This document shows positions 43,064-51,403 of a DNA stretch of 64,000 bases, piece after piece (the first letter of the stretch is position 1; each line of letters opens with the position of its first letter). The notes below the pieces were generated by a model. The model was not told where the DNA came from and did not search any database. It was given only the letters and a program-made list of their open reading frames with translations. The stretch is from an uncultured Mycoplasmatota bacterium. GTDB taxonomy: Bacteria; Bacillota_I; Bacilli_A; RF39; UBA660. The position numbers were made by a program, and so were the translations under genes. Location of the stretch: the NCBI GenBank assembly GCA_948466315.1, contig CAOJZZ010000002.1, positions 3,700-67,699 on the forward strand, read 5' to 3'.

Positions 43064-46034
43064 GTATAGAATAGTTGGGGTTGTTTTTTTAATAGTTATG
43101 ATGTCATTTTTTACTGCAATTTCAAGTGTTACTGCTAAAGGTGTACATAAGTCATTGAAAGATAAAAAATTACCAGCATGCACTCAGGCTATATCAGATG
43201 ATTTATATAGTAAGTATAAACCTGTAATTAGGAGATTAACTAAAAAAAATTATTCTATTTATCTTGATGGTCCTAAAACTGAAGGGGCAGAGTTGAAAGT
43301 AGTGGATATTGTTACAGGGTCATATGACGGTAATATTAAAGATTTGGATCTGATTACATCTGGGAGTGGGTTAAAAATACCTTTGACACCAGAGATAGAT
43401 TCTAAGACTGTTGGAAAAAAAACAAAAGAAATAGTTAAAGTAAGATTAAAATTGGTTTCTAATGATGTCTGTGATGGTGATATTTATTTTTCAATAAGTA
43501 CACATAATGATGGTGATGCTTTTTCTAAGGAGGCTTCTTTGCGTAATAATACTAATATTGGTTCTGGTGAAGCTTGTACTAATTTTATAAATGGTAATTA
43601 TAATGCTTCGCAATTCGGTGATACAGAACGTGCTAAAGAAGATTTCAAAAAATATAATTATGCTGCTGTTAGTAAAGAAGGAAAAGCTTTTTATGAAGAT
43701 GCCTTAAAGTATTGTTTTACTAATCAAGTCACTTATAATTTTAAAAAGAATCAGATAAATAGACTTATAAGAGATACAATAGCTACTTGGAAAGTTCAAG
43801 CTACAGCTGATGCTAGTACAGACACAGAGTTTGATAGAAAATTTGAGGAAGTTAAAAATGCTGCTTATGCTAGTATGTCTGCTGGTAATGGTAAGAGTGT
43901 TTATGAATTAATAAAAAAAGAGAATTTAGATAAATTACAAGATACTAGTTTAAAATGTAGTTCGGTTGTGGATGTTGATAAGGCACTTTCACAAAATGAT
44001 GCTGATTATTATCAAAATTCAAGTTATTATTATGCTTCTAGTGTTACGGATTCAGAAAAGGTAACATATACTTATAATTATGCTCCAGGTGATACTAGGA
44101 CAGTTACAAAGGATGTTTGTGATCAAGTGTGTGAGGAGTCAGTTGAGGTTAATTATGGTCCTCCTATTGCATCTAAAGCTGGTCTTTGTTTTGAATATAA
44201 GGTAAAGGTTACTAGTAGAGTTCGTTGTCATGCTAATGTTAAAGCTGGAAGTGAACCTGATGTTCCGAATGATGTTTGTACACCATCGCCAGGATGTAGT
44301 AATGGAATACCTGCTTATTATCATCAAGCAGGACCAAATGAAGATTTTGAACGATGTATTAAGGATTGTGATGGTGGTAAGTATACTGCTAGTTGCAGTA
44401 ATAAGTGTTATAATAAAGTTTATGGAAAAAAATCTAATAATTTGGGATTGAATTATCAGAATAAGAGTTCTAATGCTTCTAAGCTATATTCTGTGGCTGA
44501 TTGTAAAGCAGATAATCCAGCTGGTTGCTATGTTTGGGAAGGAGATTCAGTTAGGTGGCGTCATGGAACTCAATTGCCTGGTAGATGGTATATTGATTCA
44601 GGTTATTGTGGAGGAAATCCTAGTTGTACTTTTTGTGATAGTGCTGGTTGTGGTTATTATATATCAACTGGTGGAAATGATGAAGGAATTAGAAGACAAA
44701 ATGGATGTAGTGACGTTTGTTGGTGGGAAGGTTGTAGTAAAGGTAGATATTTGAATCCTGGTACTATGGCTTCTGATACTGCTGATAATAATGCGGCATA
44801 TAAAGTGGCTATTAGGTCTTGTAAACAAAAGGCTACATGTACTACTAAGACTGCTACATTTAAAATATCTATAAAATATGATGTTAAAGATAACAGTGGA
44901 AAAAAGGTTAATGTTTTAGAATTCCCTTATTCTGAAAGTAATCCAAGTAATTCTAATGGTGATAAAATTAAGTCTCCTGGTATGGATGGACAAACTGGTA
45001 ATAATACAACAATTTTAGAGTATGCTGGATGTTATAAAGATGAGGAGAAGAGAAGATGGTATAGAACAGAGTGGAGTTTCCCTGGTACTTGGATTAATAA
45101 TAAACATGGCGAGGTTTCTTATGTTGATAAAAGTGGAAATAAGGCTTGGCAGTCTGTAAAAGATAAATTCTGTATTCCTCTTGATGCTGAAAATGTTAAT
45201 ACTAATTGGTTTGATTGCTATAACAATTATATTTCTTCTGATAAAACGCAAGCTGATAAAAATAATTTAAATAATTGTTTCAATAATAATCCTGTTAGTA
45301 GTAAAAAGTTTGATAATCGTACTGTTCCATCAAATGGTTATAATATTTATGCAGAGGCTAAAAACTTTGGATACTTTGGTTGGGATTTTGGAATTAGTTG
45401 TTTTTATGGATTACATAGGAACCCTACAAAGTGTGAGGGTGAAGATTGTTCAGAATGTGCAACTCCTCCTTGTGAAGAGGATAAGGAAGATGATACATTG
45501 GATAATCATACTATTAGGCCAATTGATAATGATGATATCTTCCCAGAAAAGGATGCTTCAGTAGTTGATACTTCAAGTAAGGCAGTTGAGAGTAAGAAGG
45601 CAACTAGGTTATCTTATGTAACAAAGTTGACTGATAAGTCTAAGACTGGTAGACAACCAGGATTTAACTGGAGTGAAGGTGCAGTTTCTAAAGTTAATGG
45701 AACTGGTAAATATAAAAATGAAAAGTATGAAGTAGATCCTATACTACTTAGACAAAAGATTCAAGAGCGTGGTGATTCAATTTATTCTAATGATGCAGAA
45801 TATTTAGATTATAGTTATACTTTGAGTATAGAATCATTAGCGAAAATTAAAAGGTATAATGAACAACATAGTTATACTGAATGGAGTGGTAGTATCAAAA
45901 GAATTAATGGTATTAATGCTTATAAGAGTGATTTCCTTGATGGTATTTCTTCTTATGGCGTAAAGGATAATGGTAGTCATAGGAGTTGGGGTTGTAATAA
46001 TTATAGAGATTCAGCGGGAAGCAATTGTCGATAG
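43050..46034 (+). CDS. Large secreted cysteine-rich protein (994 aa), function unknown; candidate adhesin or tip protein
   Basis: Signal peptide (..ISSVTAKG). I count 37 Cys, 21 of them within nt 44110-44850. No C-terminal sorting signal or TM. Confidence 0.5.
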   Translation: MMKHKYRIVGVVFLIVMMSFFTAISSVTAKGVHKSLKDKKLPACTQAISDDLYSKYKPVIRRLTKKNYSIYLDGPKTEGAELKVVDIVTGSYDGNIKDLDLITSGSGLKIPLTPEIDSKTVGKKTKEIVKVRLKLVSNDVCDGDIYFSISTHNDGDAFSKEASLRNNTNIGSGEACTNFINGNYNASQFGDTERAKEDFKKYNYAAVSKEGKAFYEDALKYCFTNQVTYNFKKNQINRLIRDTIATWKVQATADASTDTEFDRKFEEVKNAAYASMSAGNGKSVYELIKKENLDKLQDTSLKCSSVVDVDKALSQNDADYYQNSSYYYASSVTDSEKVTYTYNYAPGDTRTVTKDVCDQVCEESVEVNYGPPIASKAGLCFEYKVKVTSRVRCHANVKAGSEPDVPNDVCTPSPGCSNGIPAYYHQAGPNEDFERCIKDCDGGKYTASCSNKCYNKVYGKKSNNLGLNYQNKSSNASKLYSVADCKADNPAGCYVWEGDSVRWRHGTQLPGRWYIDSGYCGGNPSCTFCDSAGCGYYISTGGNDEGIRRQNGCSDVCWWEGCSKGRYLNPGTMASDTADNNAAYKVAIRSCKQKATCTTKTATFKISIKYDVKDNSGKKVNVLEFPYSESNPSNSNGDKIKSPGMDGQTGNNTTILEYAGCYKDEEKRRWYRTEWSFPGTWINNKHGEVSYVDKSGNKAWQSVKDKFCIPLDAENVNTNWFDCYNNYISSDKTQADKNNLNNCFNNNPVSSKKFDNRTVPSNGYNIYAEAKNFGYFGWDFGISCFYGLHRNPTKCEGEDCSECATPPCEEDKEDDTLDNHTIRPIDNDDIFPEKDASVVDTSSKAVESKKATRLSYVTKLTDKSKTGRQPGFNWSEGAVSKVNGTGKYKNEKYEVDPILLRQKIQERGDSIYSNDAEYLDYSYTLSIESLAKIKRYNEQHSYTEWSGSIKRINGINAYKSDFLDGISSYGVKDNGSHRSWGCNNYRDSAGSNCR

Positions 46035-46048
46035 GAGGTTTTTAATAA

Positions 46049-46525
46049 ATGAATAAAGGTATGTTAACAGTAGGTATAATTTTACTTAGTATAATATCAT
46101 TACTATTAATCAATGTATTGACTAACTATTCCACAGGGGGGGAATTGGATTACTATTTAGTAAAGGATACGACAGAAGCTGCAATGGCTGACGCTTTAGA
46201 TGTTGAATATTATCGTTTAAATTCTATGCAACGTATGGATAAGGAAAAATTTATTGAGAGTTTTTTAAGAAGATTTGCTGATGCAGTGGATAATACTCGT
46301 TCATATGAGGTTAAATTTTACGATATAAATGAAGTTCCTCCTAAAGTAAGTATTAAGGTTGATTCATTAACAGTTTTGAGCTTTGCACATGAGGCTGCTA
46401 ATATTTCAACCAATTTAGATGCTGTTTTAGAAACTGATTATAAGGCCGATACTTTTACAACTGCAAATCTTAGGGATCCAGATAGTGATGTTGGAAAAGC
46501 GATTGAAGCTAGAAAAATAGATTAA
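46049..46525 (+). CDS. Pilin-like / pseudopilin-like protein (158 aa)
   Basis: Short polar leader, Gly, then hydrophobic helix: MNKG-MLTVGIILLSIISLLLINVL. First gene of the Tad block. Confidence 0.4.
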   Translation: MNKGMLTVGIILLSIISLLLINVLTNYSTGGELDYYLVKDTTEAAMADALDVEYYRLNSMQRMDKEKFIESFLRRFADAVDNTRSYEVKFYDINEVPPKVSIKVDSLTVLSFAHEAANISTNLDAVLETDYKADTFTTANLRDPDSDVGKAIEARKID

Positions 46526-46554
46526 TAATGTAAGTAGAAAGGAAGAGGGGAAAA

Positions 46555-47361
46555 ATGGGAAATTTAACTTTAGGTATAAAAAAGTTTTTTACAAATAAGA
46601 ATACTGTTACTGTTGTTGGGGTTGTTCTTGCGATAGTTATTCTTTATGTAGCATATAATATGAGGGTTAGGTCAGCTGTTAATCCAGTTAATGTACCTTA
46701 TGCAAAACAATTAATTCCAGCTGGGACACAAATTACAGCAGATATGGTAGGAACACGTGCTGTTCCTCCATCAATGCTTGAAGGAGATGTTTTGACAAAT
46801 CAGAGCAATGTTATTGATAAATATTCGGCAGCAGATACAGTTATACCAGCTGGTAGTTTGTTTTTTACTCGTAATGTTGTTGAACAAGAACAGTTACCAG
46901 CAAATATTATTTTAGATTATCCGAAAGGTTATGTTTTATATAATATGTCAGTAAATACAGAGATTACTTATGGTAATTCTATTTATCCAGGTAATTATAT
47001 TGATATTTATTTGAAGGCAGTTAATAAAGTTGGGGAGGCTGAAACAATGACTGCTGATGATGATAAAATCATGTTAGGTAAGTTAGTTGCTAATGTTAAA
47101 GTATTAGCTGTTAAAGATTCTAGTGGTCAACCAGTATTTTCTAATTTAGATGAACAAAGAACACCTGCAATGGTTGTGTTTGCAGTACCTGAGGAATATT
47201 ATATTTTATTAAAGAAGGCTGAATTTTTAAGAACCTATGATTCAACATTAATTCCAGTACCAACTAATGAGAGTTTGAAGGATGAGCCAGGTGATTTAGA
47301 GATTAGTAGTGAACAGTTAAAAGAGTGGATTAATAAAGTAACAATTTGGACTGAAACTTAG
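46555..47361 (+). CDS. CpaB/RcpC-like Flp pilus assembly protein (TM + SAF domain)
   Basis: N-terminal TM, then a SAF-like segment VPYAKQLIPAGTQITADMVGTRAVP. Sits immediately upstream of the secretion ATPase, as in monoderm tad loci. Confidence 0.55.
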   Translation: MGNLTLGIKKFFTNKNTVTVVGVVLAIVILYVAYNMRVRSAVNPVNVPYAKQLIPAGTQITADMVGTRAVPPSMLEGDVLTNQSNVIDKYSAADTVIPAGSLFFTRNVVEQEQLPANIILDYPKGYVLYNMSVNTEITYGNSIYPGNYIDIYLKAVNKVGEAETMTADDDKIMLGKLVANVKVLAVKDSSGQPVFSNLDEQRTPAMVVFAVPEEYYILLKKAEFLRTYDSTLIPVPTNESLKDEPGDLEISSEQLKEWINKVTIWTET

Positions 47362-47392
47362 AATAAATAGAATAGAAAGGGATGTGGGTTAA

Positions 47393-48910
47393 ATGAATGA
47401 AAGTATCTTTGATAAGTTAGATTTTGGACCATTTAGAGCTTTATTAGATGATGACGATATTACGGATGTTTCTTATGATAATAATGGTCAGATTTGGGTA
47501 CGTTCATTAACGCAAGGCTCTATGAGAGTAGAGATTGATGGAGCTACTCCAGAGTTCGTTGAGAAGCTTGCTTTTCAATGTTCTAATGTTATGGGTACGA
47601 CATTTAATAATGCTAAACCATTTTTGGATGCAGAATCTGCTGAACTTCGTCTTAATTTCGTTCATCAATCTATTGCTACTAATGGAATAGCCTTGGTTAT
47701 TCGTAAAACTCCTGCTAAAATTCGTTTGGAGAAAGATAAGTTAATTAAAGATGATTATTTTACTAATGAAATTCACGACTTTTTAATAAAGTGTGTGGAA
47801 GGGCATTGTAATATTATGGTAGCAGGAGAGACTGGTTCTGGAAAAACAGAATTTGTTAAGTATTTGGCCAGTCATACTAAAACAAATGAAAAAATTATTA
47901 CTATTGAGGATACTTTGGAACTTCATTTGGATAAGATATTTCCACAGCGTGATATTGTTTCAATGAAAACTAATAATGTTGCTAGTTATAGTGATGTGTT
48001 AGTTACATGTATGCGTCAAAATCCTAAGTGGATTTTGCTTTCAGAAGTTCGTAGTGCAGAGGCTGTTTCAGCTGTACGTAACTCTATATCTTCAGGACAT
48101 AATATTTTATCTACAATTCATGCTGACAAGGCAGCTGCTATACCATATCGTCTGTATAGTTTGATGGAAACTGATCTTGATGTTAATCAGTTTTTGACAA
48201 CTATTTATCGTTATATACAACTTGGTGTTCATATTAAGGCTTATTATAGTAAAGAATATGGAAAATTTCATCGTGAGTTAGATGAAGTAACAGAGTTTTA
48301 TGTTGATGATAATAATGGGCTTCAATCTAGAACTATTTATAAAAAAATCTTTGGTCATTCTCCAGCTATGCGTAAACCTAGTGAACATTTACAAGAGTAT
48401 CTTTCTAATCAAAATATTGATGTAAGTAGTATAGTTGAAAAATTGCCTGAAGAGTTTCCTTTTAAGGAGCAAGGTACAGATGAGGATAATGACTCTTCTA
48501 ATGATGTTTCTACTGATAATGGTGTTGCTGCTAGTTCTTTAAATCAGCCTTTGGAGAGTGTTGATTCAAAAGCAGTTAGTAATGATAGTACTACTGATAA
48601 TAATGATTCTTCTCTTATATCTAGTGTTTCTACTCAACAAAATGTACCTGTTACTTCTCAACCAGTAGTTAGTTCTATATCAGCTGGTTCTTTTGTACAA
48701 GATCAAGCCCAACAAATTACTCCAGTAGTTGCTGCTTCTTCGCAACCTGTTGTACAACCAGTTCAGTCACCTCAACAAGTTCAAACTTCCCAAATTGCTC
48801 AATCAGTACAGCCTGTGCAGCAAGTAGAAGGGATTACTTCAGCTAATGTTAATTTGCAGCCAGTAGTTATGCAGGAGATTACTAGATTAGATAATGAACC
48901 AAGTGGATAG
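47393..48910 (+). CDS. TadA/CpaF-family secretion ATPase (T2SSE/VirB11 superfamily) with low-complexity C-terminal tail
   Basis: Walker A AGETGSGKTE, Asp box IITIEDTLEL, Walker B NPKWILLSEVR, His box STIHA. The last ~145 aa are S/Q/V/P-rich. Confidence 0.8.
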   Translation: MNESIFDKLDFGPFRALLDDDDITDVSYDNNGQIWVRSLTQGSMRVEIDGATPEFVEKLAFQCSNVMGTTFNNAKPFLDAESAELRLNFVHQSIATNGIALVIRKTPAKIRLEKDKLIKDDYFTNEIHDFLIKCVEGHCNIMVAGETGSGKTEFVKYLASHTKTNEKIITIEDTLELHLDKIFPQRDIVSMKTNNVASYSDVLVTCMRQNPKWILLSEVRSAEAVSAVRNSISSGHNILSTIHADKAAAIPYRLYSLMETDLDVNQFLTTIYRYIQLGVHIKAYYSKEYGKFHRELDEVTEFYVDDNNGLQSRTIYKKIFGHSPAMRKPSEHLQEYLSNQNIDVSSIVEKLPEEFPFKEQGTDEDNDSSNDVSTDNGVAASSLNQPLESVDSKAVSNDSTTDNNDSSLISSVSTQQNVPVTSQPVVSSISAGSFVQDQAQQITPVVAASSQPVVQPVQSPQQVQTSQIAQSVQPVQQVEGITSANVNLQPVVMQEITRLDNEPSG

Positions 48911-48924
48911 AAGGGAGTAAATTT

Positions 48925-49827
48925 ATGTTTTTAGAAGAGTTAATAATAATTATTGTATTAGTAGTAGGTATATTTTTATATAGAAATTATCAAGGTCAAA
49001 ATGTAGGTAAATATATTACTAATCAGGCACAACAGTTATATGATAGATTTGCTCCATATTCTTTTAAAGTAGTAAGAGATAAAACTAAACAATTAGGACA
49101 AGAATATACGCCTAGACAATATTTAATTCAAGTTTGTGTTATAGCTGGTTTTACTGGTGTTGTTACCTATCTTTATTTTTATAATTTGATTATTAGTATA
49201 TTTTATATGATTGTTGCTGTTATGTTTGTTCCTTATTTATCTTATTTACGTTGTAAAAGAATATATAGTGAATTTTTATTTGAACAGGTACAAACATATA
49301 CATCAAACGTTATTATGGAATTTGCTACAACACAATCTTTTGTTAAATCTTTAGAAGGTGTTAAAAATTCTGGAGTATTGGAAGAACCTGTACTTAGTGA
49401 TGTACAAATGATGATTGATATGGCATATGAGAATGGTACTATTGATGAGGCAATTAATTTTATGAGTACAAAGTATCCATATTATATAGTTAAAAATATG
49501 CATAATTTATTTTTACAAATTACTAAAGAAGGTGCTCAAAATTCAGCGGATTCTTTAGATAATATGCAATTAGATATTGATATGTTGATTGAGAGTGTAT
49601 ATAGGGATAGAATTGAACGTGCTTCTTTTCATAAATCTTTTTTGCAATTTGGTGTTATGTTATATTTGATGGTAATGTTAGTGCAATATTTGTTAGGTAG
49701 AGAAACATATTTGGTATTATTAGAGCGATGGTATATTCAAGTTTTATTGCATGGTGTTATAATTGTTAATACATATTTCCTATTAAAAGGAGAAAAATAT
49801 TATAATGAGAATGTAGGTGCTGAGTAA
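48925..49827 (+). CDS. TadB-like platform protein (T2SSF-type)
   Basis: Topology: N-terminal TM, TM pair, ~140-aa soluble domain, two C-terminal TMs. Follows the ATPase. No motif-level confirmation. Confidence 0.5.
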   Translation: MFLEELIIIIVLVVGIFLYRNYQGQNVGKYITNQAQQLYDRFAPYSFKVVRDKTKQLGQEYTPRQYLIQVCVIAGFTGVVTYLYFYNLIISIFYMIVAVMFVPYLSYLRCKRIYSEFLFEQVQTYTSNVIMEFATTQSFVKSLEGVKNSGVLEEPVLSDVQMMIDMAYENGTIDEAINFMSTKYPYYIVKNMHNLFLQITKEGAQNSADSLDNMQLDIDMLIESVYRDRIERASFHKSFLQFGVMLYLMVMLVQYLLGRETYLVLLERWYIQVLLHGVIIVNTYFLLKGEKYYNENVGAE

Positions 49828-50636
49828 TGGAGATAGTAATTATTGGGGCAATTATTATATTTATTTTAGTATATAATAATACTATTGATAAGAATAAGTT
49901 TTTTGCTGATAATGAGAAGTATCTTCAACTTATTCGAGAAGAGGATTATACATTTTTGGTATATGCAAAATATGGTGAGACAGTTGATGCTGATCAGTTG
50001 TATATGAAAAGAGTAACTTCATCTATAATTTTATTCTTCATTGTCTTAGCTTTTTCATTGAGTAGTAGTTCAGGAGCCAATATTATTAATTCGCAGTTTT
50101 TGCTTAATTTATTATTTGCTACTGTTGCGGCATTTGGTATGTTTAAAATTTCATATATGCAGTTGAAGTCATTTTATAAAGCTCATTTACATGAAATAGA
50201 TATAATGTTGCCATACTATTTAAAGAGTCTGGAAATTTTAATTCAGCATTATACTGTTCCTGTTGCTTTAGGTAAATCAATAGATGATGCTCCAGATATA
50301 TTTAAACCTGGTCTTAGAAGAATGATAGATCGTATTAATGATGGTGATGCTTCGATAGAACCATATATGGAATTTGCTAATACTTATCCAGTTAGAGATT
50401 CTATGCGTATGATGAGACTTCTTTATCGTTTAGGTATTGGTTCACAAGAAAAGAAACAAGAGCGTTTAATGATGTTTTCTAAGACAGTTTCTAATTTACA
50501 AAATAAGGCTAGAGAGACAAAATATAAAGAAAGACTTAATCATATGGAAAGTCAGACTATGATTATGTTAGTTGTAACAGGAATTGGAGTAATGCTTATT
50601 ATTTTGATTTCAATGTTGATGATGTTTAGTATGTAA
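49827..50636 (+). CDS. TadC-like platform protein (T2SSF-type)
   Basis: Same topology class as the preceding gene. Start overlaps its stop (ATGA-type coupling). Confidence 0.5.
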   Translation: MEIVIIGAIIIFILVYNNTIDKNKFFADNEKYLQLIREEDYTFLVYAKYGETVDADQLYMKRVTSSIILFFIVLAFSLSSSSGANIINSQFLLNLLFATVAAFGMFKISYMQLKSFYKAHLHEIDIMLPYYLKSLEILIQHYTVPVALGKSIDDAPDIFKPGLRRMIDRINDGDASIEPYMEFANTYPVRDSMRMMRLLYRLGIGSQEKKQERLMMFSKTVSNLQNKARETKYKERLNHMESQTMIMLVVTGIGVMLIILISMLMMFSM

Positions 50637-50652
50637 AAAAAAAACAAAAATA

Positions 50653-50681
50653 TTGTTAAATTAATTAAATTTTGTTATAAT
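50653..50681 (+). promoter_or_regulatory. Near-consensus sigma-A promoter in front of the small pilin gene
   Basis: TTGTTA (50653-50658), 17-nt spacer, extended -10 TGtTATAAT (TATAAT at 50676-50681). Confidence 0.6.
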
Positions 50682-50713
50682 GTAATTATCATATAGAAAG
50701 GATGTGGAGATTA

Positions 50714-50875
50714 ATGAAGGCAGCTACAGGTGAATTAAATTTAACTGTTATTACTATAATTGCAATAGCAGCAATAATTGGGTTTTTCTGGATGATGTGG
50801 CCAAAAATTCAAGTGTCTATTAATACTCAATGGGAAAATATTTCTGGTACATCAATGATAGTAATTGAAAGATAA
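50714..50875 (+). CDS. Flp-like small pilin (53 aa); absent from the supplied ORF track
   Basis: ATG at 50714 preceded by AAAGGATGTGGAGA; TAA at 50873. MKAATGELNLTVITIIAIAAIIGFFWMMWPKIQVSINTQWENISGTSMIVIER: short leader, Gly, hydrophobic helix, short tail. Sits between the TadC-like and pseudopilin-like genes. Confidence 0.6.
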   Translation: MKAATGELNLTVITIIAIAAIIGFFWMMWPKIQVSINTQWENISGTSMIVIER

Positions 50876-50888
50876 TGGGGTGTAGTTA

Positions 50889-51380
50889 ATGAGTAATGCT
50901 TTTGGAGGACTTTTAAATATTGTATTAATTGTTTTATTTCTAGTTTTAGTTTCTGGATATTTGGCATTCAATGTTAATTATACGAAGGCTTTTAGAGTTA
51001 AAAATAAAATTATATCTACATATGAGCAGTATGAAGCTTCATGCAATTCAGGTAGTAAATGTGCTACTATTATTAATGATTATATGAAAAGTTTAGGTTA
51101 TAGTACTGATCATCCAAATAAAAGTGGTTCTTGTCTTAATACTGGGGCTGCTACTGGTGAAGTTGGTGGTAGTTGGGAATGTAGGACAGGCTATTGTATT
51201 TGTAGAGTTAAAGTAGATGCTAAAAGAGCTGGTGATGTTAGAAAAGATACTAGGGATAGAGTCTATTATAAAGTTGTAACGCAAATTAATGTTGATATAC
51301 CTATTATTAATAAAATTATGCCTAGTTTACGTATATTTCAAGTAAGGGGTGATACGAAACAGATAATATTACCTGAATAA
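50889..51380 (+). CDS. TadE/TadF-like pseudopilin (163 aa, 6 Cys)
   Basis: MSNAFGG-LLNIVLIVLFLVLVSGYL N-terminus followed by a globular domain. Confidence 0.45.
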   Translation: MSNAFGGLLNIVLIVLFLVLVSGYLAFNVNYTKAFRVKNKIISTYEQYEASCNSGSKCATIINDYMKSLGYSTDHPNKSGSCLNTGAATGEVGGSWECRTGYCICRVKVDAKRAGDVRKDTRDRVYYKVVTQINVDIPIINKIMPSLRIFQVRGDTKQIILPE

Positions 51381-51403
51381 TAATATAGAGAGGATGATAT
51401 GTT

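Noticed and set aside
37847-46034. Searched the secreted and surface proteins around the sortase for a C-terminal sorting signal (LPxTG, NPxTN, SPKTG + hydrophobic + basic tail).
   Set aside because: Only internal NPxx strings were found (NPKE, NPSN, NPGT, DNPY). None is followed by a C-terminal hydrophobic segment, so no protein here is called a sortase substrate.
47393-48910. The secretion ATPase could be the VirB11 of the adjacent T4SS rather than a Tad ATPase.
   Set aside because: It is flanked by a CpaB-like SAF protein, two TadB/C-topology proteins, a small pilin and pseudopilin-like genes, and is separated from the T4SS block by its own promoters. Monoderm T4SSs typically lack VirB11. 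Only phylogeny can settle this.
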